64,000 bases of DNA from Opitutaceae bacterium (GCA_035545515.1 DASZYH010000234.1:3020-67019), one strand, 5' to 3'; shown: positions 51,837-63,049, counted from the stretch's first letter. The notes: a model not told the origin generated them from the sequence alone. Program-made: numbers and translations.

Positions 51837-51940
51837 TCCCTCGCCGGCGGTCCGAGCAGCGACTCGCTACCCCTCCGGGCGGCAAGACGAGCAACAGCTC
51901 ACTCATGCTCCAAATTCGCCCGGCCCGCGCAGCGGTGTCG

Positions 51941-54900
51941 TCACTCGGTTTTGGGAGGCGCCGCGGGCGGCTGCTGCTGATCGACGAGGAACAGTTGCGT
52001 GGATCGATTTTCAACCGCCGACTCGATGGCCACCATTTGCGGATAGTCCGTCGGACTGACGATCGCGGGATTTACGCGGAACCGGTAATTCACGACGCTG
52101 TGACCGGGCTGATTGGTCGCGACAATCTCGGCGTCGCCCGCCGTTCCAGGCGCCTGCCACCGGCTCGTGACGGGCGAGATCACGTACCGGCCGTACGCCG
52201 GCGGCAGCTTGATGTCCGCCGTGATGGTCCGGGCCTCGCTACGCCGTATAAGCAGCGGGAGAGTCCGGCGGTCGCTCTCGACCGGTCGGAAGCTCGGCCG
52301 GAATGGCACGCTGAAATAGAAATGCTTCCCATCGACCACGCCATAGTGGTCGATTTCCACGGTGAACGTCTCCGTGCCGGGATAGGTGTCGAAGGTCGTC
52401 GTCAACGGCGTCACCGGTCGTGCACCCTGGGCGACGCTCGACACCGCCTGTTCGAAATACCGGCGTCTCTCCTCCGGCGGCAGCTCGGAGAAGAACCGCT
52501 TTCTTTCGTTGTACGCGGGACCGAAATACTGGCGGTCGATGGTGATTTTCGCCGTTCCGTTGTCCGCAAAGTCGATCGCGTAGACGGTATTCGTCTGCAA
52601 CTCGCATCCCGGCGCCGCGTGGACGGTCTCGATCCGGGCGTCCGGGAGGTCCAGTGCCAGGAAGCCGTCGTGGGTGGTCGAGCCGATTTTCGCGTATTGA
52701 TCGGTGTCGTTCAGATAGATCGCCTGGCCGTCCACCAGCACGCGAACGAGGGGCTGGTCGTACACATGTGGCAATGCGACCGACGTCGCGATCTCACGTA
52801 GCCCGGCGACAGGGGGAATGCCCGATGCGAGGACGAACTCCGGCTTGAATCCGACCGCCTCGAGCATCGCCGACAGCAGGATCGCACGGTCCGCCGCGTG
52901 GCCGTAGCCGTCGGCGAGCGTGACATCGGCGTCGGAAAGTTCGGTGAGCGGCAGTTCGGTGAACGACGGCCCCGCGAGCCGGATGCTCTTCACCACGTAG
53001 TCGCGAAGGGCGGTGACGGCCGCGAGGCCGCCTCCGCTCTGGCGGACGAGGTCGCGCGCCACCTCCTCGGCCTTCGCGGCGTGACTCGCGTGGAGCATCA
53101 TCGCGGCGGACACGTCGCGCCAGTAGGCGGACGGTTCGCCGGCGAAATAGTGGACACCCGTGAGAAACGCCCACGGGGGCGGCGTGTTCGGCTCGCCCGG
53201 CAGCCCGGGGATGTGGCGGGCCGACCAGCGCACCACCTTGCGGCCGTTTTCGACCGCGCCCGCCTTCGTGAGGTAACCGGCCGGATTGCGTTCGGAGGTT
53301 TCCACCGGCAGTCCTGGCGGGCTGCTCAACGTGAGGGTGCGCTCGACGGATTCGTCACCCTGCTGGAACGGAATGTAGCCGGACAGGAACGGCTTCCCCT
53401 TGATCGTGAGCTCGGCCTCCACCTCGAGCGTCGAACCGATGTCGACGCCCGGCAGGTTCGCGACGAGCAGCTTGCCGCCCGTGTACCGCTTTGCCGAGGC
53501 GTTCCAGTCCGCGTCCATCACGTTGATTTCCGAGGGGGAGATTTCCTGAACCTTGCCGTCGGGGGACGTGACCCGCGCCCGGACAAGGCGGGCCTGCTGG
53601 CAGGCGGGATTGTAGGGCAGCTTGAATTCCGCGGCGCCCTTCTTGCCGTTGTAGGTGAGAATCTGGCGGATCGAATGCAGGGTGACGACCGCGTCGTGGG
53701 CGTCGGTGATGGTGATGTGGTCGTCGGCCTCCACGAGCTTCGTGTCGGATTCGACCGGCGTGACGGCGCCGGCCGACTTCGGGCCGGCCCCGCCTGCCGC
53801 CGGGGCGGCGAGGTCGAGGATCGGCGCCTTGCGCTCGTCATAGGCCATCGTCTCGAGCGTCCGTTTCAGCGCGAGATACTGCGTCGGGTCGAATTCGGCG
53901 ACCTTCAGTTCGAGGTTTCGCGAGCCAACCAGCACGCCATGATCGAGCGCGACGTTCTCCGCGTAGGCCTTCGCGGTGTCCGCATCGGGCGTGCAGGCCG
54001 GCATGGAGACCGCGGACGTGTATTCAGGTGAAAGCTTGATCGCCAGTTCCTCGCGCACGCCGCACGCCACGTAGGTCTGAAGCGGATATTTCCGCTTTTC
54101 GAGCCCCGCGCTGCGCAGCAGGAAGCTCACGATGCCGAACCGCCGGCCCAGCCACGGGAGCGTGACGATCGACTTGCCCGCGCCGGCGGCGGTGAGGCCG
54201 TTCGCGACGAACACGAGCTGCGCATGCAGCGTATGCTGACGGTCGAGCAGGTTGGCGGGCGTGAGCGTGTAGGCGGTCAGCCGCGCGCCGGGAATCGCCT
54301 GCTTCAGCATCGCTTCGAAGGCGCGCTGGCGGTCGTCGGGCTTCATCCGGGCAAAAGCCGCGCGGTACGCGTTGTCGTTGATGCCGGAGAACGAAAGCTC
54401 GGCCGTGGCACGCAGCGTGCCCGCGGCGTCGAGTTCACCGGTGGTCCGAATCGTCATCAGGTTCTTTTCCGGCGAGTTGACCGGGATGACCTTGATCTGC
54501 TCACCGTCCGGACGGCAGACGAGGTAACTCCAGTTGCACTCCTCGGCGGGCAGGAAATCGAGCGTGTTCTCGTCGGTGGGATCCATCAGCAGGTAGTCGC
54601 CCTTGCCCTGCTCGACCGCGACGATGGCGTGGTTGAACGCCGCGTCGGGCACGACGGCATCCTTGCGCCAGCCATAGCTCTCGAGGACCGGGTAGGCGGG
54701 AAATCCGGCGGTGCGCAGCATGGCCACGAGCAGCGCGGCCTTGTCGCGGCACACCCCGTACTTCTTCGCGAACGTGAGCGCGACATCGTGCGGCTCGAAT
54801 CCGGGTCGGTCCTTCTCGGGCGTGATGCCCATGTAGCGGATGTTCTTCGAAACGTAATAGAAGATCGCCTTGAGCTTCTCCGTCGGGCCCGTGAGGCCGG

Positions 54901-55813
54901 CGGTCAGCTGGTCAACCGTCTGCCTTATCTCTGGCGACGTCGCCTCGAGGTGCGCCGCACTGAGGTTCCAGTACCATTTCGAGACCGCGGGCCAGTCGGA
55001 CAAGGTGCTTACGAAGAGCCGTTGCAGCGTCATGACGGGCGCCGGCATCGCCGGTTCTTCGTACATCCTCGGCACGGCGTTGACCTCCCAGCGGTAGGTG
55101 ATCGTGCCGTCCGGGCCGGTGGATTGCGACGGGGTGATCGTGCCGGGGACCGCGTCGCGAATCACGAGATGGCGGAGCGGGTGGCCGGCGGGCGCAATGA
55201 CCTCGTACGTGATGTGCCGGATGTAACCTTCCTCCTCGAACACGTTTTCCTCGGCGTATTCACCCGGGATGATCGCGCGCGTGATCGTTTCCCGCGTCAC
55301 CGCATGGATCACGTCGCCGAGTTCCAGTCCGGGAATGTTGACCTGGAGCACGCGGAAATTGGGGTCGTAGATGTTCGCCGACATCTGCGAACTGTCGCTG
55401 GCCTCGCGGGAGTTGGCGGCGACGTCGATCGGCACGACGGTACCGTCGGGACGGATGCGTTCGAGCCGGATGACTTCGGCGCGCGAGTAGGGGATCATGA
55501 AATTGCGGGTGAGCACGCGCTTCATCCGCCGCCCGCGTTCCGTGAGCACCTTGACGAAGTCCTCGTCTTGCGATTCCGCCGTGCCGTCGGCGCGGTATGT
55601 GCGCACCTGGTGCGAGTCGACGACCGCATAATCGCAGTTGGGGAGTTTGGCCGTGGTGATCTCGGCGGCCGCCGCGAGCACCGGTTGGACCTCGGTCAGC
55701 GCCCAGATGGCGCCGGTATAGGGCGCGGCCGGCGCGGGCTCGGCCGAACGGAGGGGCAGGGACAACGCGATCGCGGTGAGTGCCGTCGCGAAGAAGCGGG
55801 GTTTCGACTTCAT
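51941..55813 (-). CDS. Secreted protein with two DUF3857/transglutaminase-like modules
   Basis: Signal peptide; module 1 GVCRDK...NHAI...MDPT; module 2 GHAADRA without Cys. Confidence 0.85.
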   Translation of the reverse strand: MKSKPRFFATALTAIALSLPLRSAEPAPAAPYTGAIWALTEVQPVLAAAAEITTAKLPNCDYAVVDSHQVRTYRADGTAESQDEDFVKVLTERGRRMKRVLTRNFMIPYSRAEVIRLERIRPDGTVVPIDVAANSREASDSSQMSANIYDPNFRVLQVNIPGLELGDVIHAVTRETITRAIIPGEYAEENVFEEEGYIRHITYEVIAPAGHPLRHLVIRDAVPGTITPSQSTGPDGTITYRWEVNAVPRMYEEPAMPAPVMTLQRLFVSTLSDWPAVSKWYWNLSAAHLEATSPEIRQTVDQLTAGLTGPTEKLKAIFYYVSKNIRYMGITPEKDRPGFEPHDVALTFAKKYGVCRDKAALLVAMLRTAGFPAYPVLESYGWRKDAVVPDAAFNHAIVAVEQGKGDYLLMDPTDENTLDFLPAEECNWSYLVCRPDGEQIKVIPVNSPEKNLMTIRTTGELDAAGTLRATAELSFSGINDNAYRAAFARMKPDDRQRAFEAMLKQAIPGARLTAYTLTPANLLDRQHTLHAQLVFVANGLTAAGAGKSIVTLPWLGRRFGIVSFLLRSAGLEKRKYPLQTYVACGVREELAIKLSPEYTSAVSMPACTPDADTAKAYAENVALDHGVLVGSRNLELKVAEFDPTQYLALKRTLETMAYDERKAPILDLAAPAAGGAGPKSAGAVTPVESDTKLVEADDHITITDAHDAVVTLHSIRQILTYNGKKGAAEFKLPYNPACQQARLVRARVTSPDGKVQEISPSEINVMDADWNASAKRYTGGKLLVANLPGVDIGSTLEVEAELTIKGKPFLSGYIPFQQGDESVERTLTLSSPPGLPVETSERNPAGYLTKAGAVENGRKVVRWSARHIPGLPGEPNTPPPWAFLTGVHYFAGEPSAYWRDVSAAMMLHASHAAKAEEVARDLVRQSGGGLAAVTALRDYVVKSIRLAGPSFTELPLTELSDADVTLADGYGHAADRAILLSAMLEAVGFKPEFVLASGIPPVAGLREIATSVALPHVYDQPLVRVLVDGQAIYLNDTDQYAKIGSTTHDGFLALDLPDARIETVHAAPGCELQTNTVYAIDFADNGTAKITIDRQYFGPAYNERKRFFSELPPEERRRYFEQAVSSVAQGARPVTPLTTTFDTYPGTETFTVEIDHYGVVDGKHFYFSVPFRPSFRPVESDRRTLPLLIRRSEARTITADIKLPPAYGRYVISPVTSRWQAPGTAGDAEIVATNQPGHSVVNYRFRVNPAIVSPTDYPQMVAIESAVENRSTQLFLVDQQQPPAAPPKTE

Positions 55814-56127
55814 GGCGGAGGTGTGTCATAAAGTACGACGCTGGCCGCGCCAATCATAAGCTGCGGGATGGGGAGAAGGATGCGTTTTCTGGTGGCTGGT
55901 TGGCGCGCGGTAAAAAATGGCGGCCACGCGCGCGGAATTTCCGACCCGCCGCTCCAAATCCTGCGCGGCTCCGGTCGACCGCCTAAGATTTTCCCCGGGT
56001 ACTTAAGCTTTGTCCGCAGTGGCAGCGGTTGCGCCGCCGCGGATTCGTCGTGAGGATCGGCGGACCGCGCGATCCGCCGTCGCGTCGGCATCGTTCACCC
56101 TGCTGCCGTCTGAAACCGTCTCCGAAC

Positions 56128-57498
56128 ATGAAACCCCTCCGTGCCTTTCTCACCTCCGTCGCCGCCCTGGCGTTGCTTGCCCTTCCCGGGCGCAGTGCCG
56201 AGACGCCCGTCGTCTGTTCGACGCAAACTGCCGTCGGCCAGCCGGACTGGGTCCGGCACGCGGTGATCTACGAAATCAACGTCCGCCAGTTTTCGGCCTC
56301 GGGCACGTTCGACGGCGTGACCGAGGCGCTGCCGCGGTTGCATGCGCTCGGTGTCGACACGCTGTGGCTCATGCCGATCAATCCGATCGGCGAGGTGAAC
56401 CGCAAGGGGCCGCTCGGCAGCTACTATGCGGTGCGCGACTATATGGCGGTGAACCCGGAGTTCGGCACGGAGGCCGACTTCCGGCGGCTGGTCGAGGCGG
56501 CGCATGCGCAGGGATTCCGGATCATTCTCGACTGGGTGGGAAATCACACGGCGTGGGACAACCCGCTCGCGAAGGAGCATCCCGACTATTACGTCCACGA
56601 TGCGAAGGGAGCTTTCGTGCCGCCGGTGGGCACGGATTGGACGGACGTCATCCAGCTCGATTTCTCGAACCCGGGCGTCCTCGACTACGAAGCCCGCGCC
56701 ATGGCGCATTGGGTGCGCGATTTTGGGGTCGACGGATTTCGCTGTGACTTCGCGACCGGCCTGCCCACCACGCTTTGGGACAAGCTGACTGCCCGGCTGC
56801 GGGCGATCCGCCCGGATCTGTTCTTCCTGGCGGAGTCCGAGCTGCCGCAGGAACAGCTGAAGGCGTTCAATGCCTCGTACGCGTTTGATATGATGCAGAC
56901 CTTCAACGAAGTCGCCCAGGGGCGTGCCGGCGTTTCGCACATCGACGACACGCTGGCGCGGATCGGTGCGTTCTTTCCGCGTGGCGCGGCGCTGATGTTC
57001 TACACGAGCAACCACGACGAGAACACCTGGGCGGGCACGGAATTCGAGCGGCTGGGCGGCGGCGCCGCGCCGTTTGCCGTGCTGTCCTTCGCGTTGAACG
57101 GAATCCCGCTGATCTACAATGGCCAGGAAATCGGACTGGACCGGCGCCTCGAGTTCTTCCAGCGCGATCCGATCGCTTGGCATCCTGATCCGCGGACGAA
57201 GTTCTATCGCACGCTCTGCGATCTTCGGCGTACGGATCCGGCTCTGTGGACCGGGGCGTCGATGCGGCGGCTGCCCAGCACGCATGACGAATCGCTTTAC
57301 GTGGTGCTGCGCGAGGCCGCGGGTCACCGCGTTGCCGCCTGCCTGAACCTGACGGCACGCGATCTGGCGGATGACACCTACGTGCCGGCGCTAGCCGGGA
57401 CTTGGCGCGATGCGTTTACGGGCGAGACGGTGACCTTTACCGCCGACACGAAGTTCGCCCTCCACGCCTGGCAATATCGCGTGCTCGTCGGGGAATAA
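56128..57498 (+). CDS. Secreted GH13 alpha-amylase-family glycosidase
   Basis: DWVGNH, DGFRCD, LAE, NHDE. Confidence 0.92.
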   Translation: MKPLRAFLTSVAALALLALPGRSAETPVVCSTQTAVGQPDWVRHAVIYEINVRQFSASGTFDGVTEALPRLHALGVDTLWLMPINPIGEVNRKGPLGSYYAVRDYMAVNPEFGTEADFRRLVEAAHAQGFRIILDWVGNHTAWDNPLAKEHPDYYVHDAKGAFVPPVGTDWTDVIQLDFSNPGVLDYEARAMAHWVRDFGVDGFRCDFATGLPTTLWDKLTARLRAIRPDLFFLAESELPQEQLKAFNASYAFDMMQTFNEVAQGRAGVSHIDDTLARIGAFFPRGAALMFYTSNHDENTWAGTEFERLGGGAAPFAVLSFALNGIPLIYNGQEIGLDRRLEFFQRDPIAWHPDPRTKFYRTLCDLRRTDPALWTGASMRRLPSTHDESLYVVLREAAGHRVAACLNLTARDLADDTYVPALAGTWRDAFTGETVTFTADTKFALHAWQYRVLVGE

Positions 57499-57576
57499 CG
57501 CCGGCTCGCGCGAGTGCGGGCGGCTGTCAGAACAGTTCGGGGTAAGTTCCAGCGTGGCGGCGGGGCGGGCGTGGCA

Positions 57577-57771
57577 TCATGCGCATTCCGGTTGGGCAGA
57601 CGGTTTCAGGCGCTCGCCTTCGTTGCGCCAGTACTCGCGCTCCGCCTGTCTCCAGGGCTCGAGCGCATGCTCGGGATCGGTCCCGAATTCCCGGACCAGT
57701 TCATCCGCCCGCTGTGCGATCCGCAGCTCCATCTCGAACAGTTCGTCAGTGGGAAGTGTGGGGGTGTTCAT
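57577..57771 (-). CDS. DUF2934-like small protein
   Basis: IAQRA.EL......G...H..W..AE.E pattern. Confidence 0.7.
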   Translation of the reverse strand: MNTPTLPTDELFEMELRIAQRADELVREFGTDPEHALEPWRQAEREYWRNEGERLKPSAQPECA

Positions 57772-58237
57772 GGCGAGAGACGCGCACAATAGTCCCATTG
57801 GCCGACGCGCGGTATCGGGAAAACACCGAATTCGCCAAGAACTTATTCACCGGTTTATTCACAACCGGTGCCGGCTCGGAACCGGGTCCTTGGTTCTGGG
57901 TGAAGGCTTTTCAGCCTCGCTTGCGTTCCAGGGCGGACGGGAGGCACGCGCGGCAGGGCCAAATCGTTGCGCCAGTGACCTCGAACCGGCTCCACCGGAG
58001 GGGGTGCATCCGGCGGAGCCGATCGATGTCTCTCGCACTATAGCATGACGAATCCGCCGGCTTAGTCGCCTCGCGACGAGATGCGTTCCGGAGGTTGCCG
58101 CCCACTCGGGCGGTGGGTCAGGACCCCGTTGGCGGGATTCGCGCTCGCGGGCGCCGTTGGCCACTCAATGCAATGGCCGGGCGCCCGGGCGGCGTGGTGG
58201 TGCGAAAGCGCGCGCGTTCGCCCGTCGGGGCTGCGCG

Positions 58238-58507
58238 TCAGACTGAACCGGCATCCGCCATGCCACCGGGGGTCGAGCCGGTGGTCGGACCGGATTGCGG
58301 TGGAGGCGGTGTGGGCGCCGCGGTCTTCTCGCCGCAGGTATTGATTCGGAAGGGAAGGTAGCCCGGACAGAAACGAAGAATGGCGGTTGCGATCGGAAGG
58401 AGTCCGATCAAGCCCCACCAACTCTGGCAATAGAGTCCCACGCCGAGGATGACGAGGCCGACAACAACGCGAATCACGCGATCTACGGTACCAACGTTTG
58501 TTTTCAT
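58238..58507 (-). CDS. DUF2892 (YgaP-like) membrane protein
   Basis: NVGTVDRVIR..VG, FCPGY..F.INTC. Confidence 0.9.
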   Translation of the reverse strand: MKTNVGTVDRVIRVVVGLVILGVGLYCQSWWGLIGLLPIATAILRFCPGYLPFRINTCGEKTAAPTPPPPQSGPTTGSTPGGMADAGSV

Positions 58508-58681
58508 GACGTGCCTTTCGGGGCGATGAGCCTAGCGGGATCGCGCGGCGGACAAAAGACCGTTTTCACTTCGGGACCGGGCGGTCCGGATTTCCTCGTC
58601 GGCGGGAGCGGAGCGCCGCCGTCGTCGCGCGAGCACAACCCCTCGAGACCCCGTTACGAACTCCCGCCGAGTCGCAGCCGG

Positions 58682-59698
58682 TCACTCCAGATACTGGACC
58701 TCCGGCTCGATCACGATGCCGGTTCTGGCTTTTACCGTCGCGGCGACCTCGGCGGAAAATGTCCGGACGTCATCGGCGGTGGCGCCCTGCTCCGCGACGA
58801 GGACGAGCGGTTGACGGTGGAAAAGGCCGACCGCTCCCCGGCTCCAGCCCTTCAGTTCGCAGACGTGATCGAGGATCCACGCGAGGGGGATCTTGCGCGC
58901 TCCGGCGCCCGCCGGGTACGACGGCAGGTCCGGATATTTCGCTTCCAAGGCGGAGATCTGCTCCAGGGGAACAATCGGGTTCTTCCAGAAAGAGCCGGCG
59001 GTCCCGGTGAGCGACAGGTCGGGAAACTTCGCGGCGCGAATCTGGATGACGGCCTGCCGGATCGCGCCTTGGTCGGGCGTCGCGTGGGCGCCGAAAAAGT
59101 CGCGGAGATCCTTGTACGCGAGGTTCGGCCGGGGCGTCGGCGAGAGACGAAAGGTGACCGACAGGATGACCAGGTTCCGCGCGGCCGGCGTCTTGAACAC
59201 GCTCTGGCGGTAGCCGAATCCGCAGGCACGGCTGTCGAGGGCATGCTCGCGGCCCGTGTCGGCATCGACGGCGACGACCCGCTCGAGACAGTGGCTGATC
59301 TCGGCGCCGTACGCGCCGATGTTCTGGACCGGGGCGGCGCCGACTGTGCCGGGGATGGCCGAGAGGTTCTCGAGGCCCCAGGCCCCGCGTGCGACCGTCT
59401 CCGCGACGAGTTCGTCCCAGGATGTTCCGGCGGCGGCGGTCACGAGGACGTCACCCTCTTGCCGCTCCCAGACCATTCCGGACGACGCCATCTTGATCAC
59501 CACTCCGGGAAACCCGCGATCGGCGACCAGCAGGTTGGATCCGCCGCCGAGGATGAAATGGGGCAGCCGCCGCGCTCGCGCGAACGCGAGAGCCTCCGCG
59601 ACCTCGCTCGCGGAGACGGCCTGCACGAAGTAACGCGCCGGACCGCCGAGACGGAAGGTCGTGTGCGCGGCCAGCGGGACGTTCTCGGCGAAAATCAT
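58682..59698 (-). CDS. murB: UDP-N-acetylenolpyruvoylglucosamine reductase
   Basis: LGGGSNLL, IPGTVGAAPVQNIGAYG, GYRQSVF, AGSFWKNP, IEPEV. Confidence 0.95.
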   Translation of the reverse strand: MIFAENVPLAAHTTFRLGGPARYFVQAVSASEVAEALAFARARRLPHFILGGGSNLLVADRGFPGVVIKMASSGMVWERQEGDVLVTAAAGTSWDELVAETVARGAWGLENLSAIPGTVGAAPVQNIGAYGAEISHCLERVVAVDADTGREHALDSRACGFGYRQSVFKTPAARNLVILSVTFRLSPTPRPNLAYKDLRDFFGAHATPDQGAIRQAVIQIRAAKFPDLSLTGTAGSFWKNPIVPLEQISALEAKYPDLPSYPAGAGARKIPLAWILDHVCELKGWSRGAVGLFHRQPLVLVAEQGATADDVRTFSAEVAATVKARTGIVIEPEVQYLE

Positions 59699-59798
59699 GA
59701 CAATTGCCGGATCCTTGGGGCGCGACGCGGCGGTTCAACGCAGATCGACCGGCGGGCCGCCGCGTTCCCCGGACAGTCGCCGTCCGCTGGGCGGGCGC

Positions 59799-61727
59799 TC
59801 ACACCGCGGCGATTTCAGCGGGCGGACGCGAGAGCGTGGTGGGCCGCGGGCGGGTCGCGGGCGGCGGCGCCGACTCCGACGTCGTTTGGAGGCTGGCCTG
59901 CTTGCCGACGAGTGCGGACAAGGTCGCGATCGATCGGCGGATCTGCTCGATGCCCTGCGCCATCTCCTCAGCCGTGGCGGCGTTCTCCTCGGCGACGGCG
60001 GCGGTCTGTTGCGTGGTGCCGTCGAGGTGGTGCATCGCCTCGGTGACCTGGGAAAGGCCGCGGGTGCTCTCGGCGAAGGCGGTTTCGATCGCCGTGACCT
60101 TGGTGGCCAGGTCCCGGGTGATCGTGGCGATCTGGGTAAACTGCGTGCTCACCGCCGCGCTGCTCCTGGCCCCGTTCTCGGTGGTCCGTACGGCGAGCTC
60201 GATCTTGCCGCGGGTCTCGCGGGCGGCGGTCGCGCTGCGCTGGGCCAGGGCGCGCACCTCGTCGGCGACGACCGCAAATCCCGCGCCGGCCTCTCCGGCC
60301 CGCGCCGCCTCGATCGCCGCATTCAACGCGAGGATGTTCGTCTGAAATGCGATTTCGTCGATCGTCTGGAGGATCGCGGAAATGTCGGTGCTGGTCTTCT
60401 GCATCGCGGTCATCGCGGCCGTCAGGGCGTCGACCTCCTTCAGGCCGGCGTCCGTCAGCTTCGCCGCGTCGGAGGCGTCCGTGGCCATTTTCCGCAGGTG
60501 GTCGAGGTTGTTGGCCGTCGTGCCGGACAGCTCCTCGATGGTCGACGAGATTTCCTCGATCGACGAGGCCTCGTGCGACGCGTCGGTGCTCAATTTCGCA
60601 GCGGCGGCGGCGAGGTCCTTCGCCGCCGCGCCGCCTTGATCGGCCGCGCCGGCGAGTTCCTGGTTCACCTGCAGCAGCGGCCGCGTGATGCTGAGCGCGA
60701 TCCGGAGCCCGAATCCGACCAGGCTGATGACGGCGGCAGCGCTGCAGACCGTGAGGATGATCGCGCGCCAACGGGCGCTGGCCAGACGCTGGCGGGTATA
60801 CGTGTCGAGATCGGTGACCCCCGTGTTCGCCAGCGATTCGAACGCCGCTTCGACGCGGGTCAGCGGACCCGTTTCGTACGAACGATAGTCGGAGATCGCG
60901 TGAAAATCCTTCGCTCCGGGGCCGAGGGCCAGGATCTTGTCGGCCGCCTGATTGATGAATTGGTAGTCGGCGTTCGCCAGCAGCTGGCGCATGGCCGCTT
61001 CCACGACGGGGTCGGACAGCGACAGGATCCGCGACACGTGGTCGTCGGAGCTGAGCCGCTTGGTCTTGAGTTCGCCGGAGGCCGCTTCGGCGAGCTTGTT
61101 GTCGCGCAGCACCGTGGCGACCAGGCCCTTTTCCTTCCAGAAATCCTTTTGCAGGCGGGCGATGCTGTCCTGGGTGACAATCTTCCGAACGAGCTCGTCG
61201 TCGTGCGTCTCGACCGCGAGCAGCGGCAGGAAGTTGGACTGGGCGAACATGACGCCGTCGTAGATTTTCAGTGCGCGCGATTTCAACGCGGCTGCGGCCG
61301 CCTTGTCGCGGGTTCGTGTCGGGTCGAGGATTTCCGCCCGTACCTGTTTCAGTTCCTGCTCGGACCCGATCACCTCGTCGAGTCCCTTGCGAAAGCGCTC
61401 CGAGAAGGTTCCCCGGCTGGCGGCGGCCAGTTGCACGAGCTCGGCATGAACGGCGTCGGTGGCCGCGACGGCATCACGATAGCGGGCCAGCATCTGTTCC
61501 GGCGTGCCTTCGCCGAGGAAGGCCGACGCATAGTAACCGAGCTGGCGCTCGTTGGTCAGGTCCTTGGCGAGTGTATAGGCCGAACTGGATACGCGGGCGG
61601 TCTGCTGAAACGTGGCAAGCGACCGAAACTCGCGCACCGCGGTGTCGAGGACGTAGCCGGCCAGCAGAATCACGATCACGACCGCCGTGCTTCCCAGGAG
61701 CAGGAGTTTCGTTTGAACGCTTTTCAT
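59799..61727 (-). CDS. Methyl-accepting chemotaxis protein
   Basis: Two TM; [37 protein letters not shown]. Confidence 0.95.
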   Translation of the reverse strand: MKSVQTKLLLLGSTAVVIVILLAGYVLDTAVREFRSLATFQQTARVSSSAYTLAKDLTNERQLGYYASAFLGEGTPEQMLARYRDAVAATDAVHAELVQLAAASRGTFSERFRKGLDEVIGSEQELKQVRAEILDPTRTRDKAAAAALKSRALKIYDGVMFAQSNFLPLLAVETHDDELVRKIVTQDSIARLQKDFWKEKGLVATVLRDNKLAEAASGELKTKRLSSDDHVSRILSLSDPVVEAAMRQLLANADYQFINQAADKILALGPGAKDFHAISDYRSYETGPLTRVEAAFESLANTGVTDLDTYTRQRLASARWRAIILTVCSAAAVISLVGFGLRIALSITRPLLQVNQELAGAADQGGAAAKDLAAAAAKLSTDASHEASSIEEISSTIEELSGTTANNLDHLRKMATDASDAAKLTDAGLKEVDALTAAMTAMQKTSTDISAILQTIDEIAFQTNILALNAAIEAARAGEAGAGFAVVADEVRALAQRSATAARETRGKIELAVRTTENGARSSAAVSTQFTQIATITRDLATKVTAIETAFAESTRGLSQVTEAMHHLDGTTQQTAAVAEENAATAEEMAQGIEQIRRSIATLSALVGKQASLQTTSESAPPPATRPRPTTLSRPPAEIAAV

Positions 61728-62071
61728 GAAATGCCGCGATCCACCGCCGGGGATCGCCGCTGGAATTCCAGGTATCGACACATCCGGGCGGATCTGAAGC
61801 CGGGACGGCGGGATACCGGGACGCACTGCTTCGATTTCGGGCCGCTGCGGCGGATCGGAACGGGCTTCGGCCGGGGCAGCCATGCCACGCGCGGATGAGG
61901 TGTTCAGCCGCATTTGCGGCGGCGGTTAACCCGTGCGCGATTTCGGACAAGAAGTGGCGAGACCGGGTGGGCCGGTGGGCGCATCCTTTGCGGACCCCTT
62001 TTCGATTTCCAGCCGCGCGTGCCACCCCGTCGCACCACGGCTCCCACCTTTGGCAGACATGATGAAAAGTC

Positions 62072-62266
62072 ATGACTTACTACATGTATAAGGACACCCA
62101 AGGCTATTGGCGTTGGTTGCTCGAAGGGGCAAACAACCGGAAAATCGCCAAGAGCGGGGAGATTTACTACAACGAGACCGCCTGCTTTGAGGCGATCACC
62201 CTCGTGAAGGGATCGGCGGATGCGCCGGTGAAGAAGCGGAATTCGGAGCGGTTGGTCCGCATTTAG
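62072..62266 (+). CDS. DUF1508/YegP-like single-domain protein
   Basis: YKD..G.WRW.L...N...IA.SGE.Y pattern. Confidence 0.8.
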   Translation: MTYYMYKDTQGYWRWLLEGANNRKIAKSGEIYYNETACFEAITLVKGSADAPVKKRNSERLVRI

Positions 62267-62401
62267 TTTTCGGTTCGTTCGGCTGGTTTCGTCAGCGCCC
62301 GCGGATGCCGTCCGCGGGAGGCGGTCGATCGGAGCGCGAAGTACCGGCGTGCTCCTGCCGAAACTGGACCGCGAAGCCGGCCCGACGAGGCGCGGTGTCG
62401 C

Positions 62402-63049
62402 TCAGGAACCGCCCGCGGCCCGTGTCAGCTCGGCGAACAGCGCGTCAACGGTGGTCACCACCACGAGGTTCCGGCGGACCGACGCGTTCGTGAATCCGCG
62501 TCGCACGCTCTCGTCGATGAAGCGGACGAGCGGATCGTAATATCCGTCCTGATTGAAAAGGATCACCGGCTTGTGGTGCAGTGCGAGTTGCTTGAGTTCG
62601 AGAACGTTGAAGAACTCGTCCATTGTGCCGCAGCCGCCGGGCAGCACGACAAACGCATCGGCGCGTTCCTGCAGTCCCGCCTTGGCCGCCGCGACGGTCG
62701 GCGCAAACACGAGCTGATCGGCGCCCGGGAAGGCCGTCGATTTGAACATGTCCGCCATCACACCGACCAGCCGGCCGCCGCGCGCCTTTGCTCCGCGAGC
62801 GACGGTTCCCATGAGCCCGGCGTCGGCACCGCCCCAGACGAGGGTCCAGTGCCGGTCCCCGATGCCCTCGCCAATCCGGGTCGCGCTTCGCACTTCGTCG
62901 GCCGCCCCGCGGCTCGATGCGCAATAGATGGCGACTGCGAACGGGTGGTGCTCCGCGGCTGCAGCCGGCACGGATTCGCCGGCTCGCAGAATCGGGGAGA
63001 GGCTGAGCAGGAGTGCAACGACGAGAATCGGGTGGCGGCAAAGGGACAT
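62402..63049 (-). CDS. LOG-family (TIGR00730-like) protein with N-terminal signal peptide
   Basis: VAIYCAS, LVWGG..GLMG, PGGCGTMDE, KPVIL.N.DGYY; N-terminal ILVVALLLSLSPILRA. Confidence 0.85.
   Translation of the reverse strand: MSLCRHPILVVALLLSLSPILRAGESVPAAAAEHHPFAVAIYCASSRGAADEVRSATRIGEGIGDRHWTLVWGGADAGLMGTVARGAKARGGRLVGVMADMFKSTAFPGADQLVFAPTVAAAKAGLQERADAFVVLPGGCGTMDEFFNVLELKQLALHHKPVILFNQDGYYDPLVRFIDESVRRGFTNASVRRNLVVVTTVDALFAELTRAAGGS

Noticed and set aside
57527-57580. 17-aa micro-ORF (MMPRPPRRHAGTYPELF) overlapping the DUF2934-like stop by ATGA
   Set aside because: Too short with no further support; the overlap may be chance
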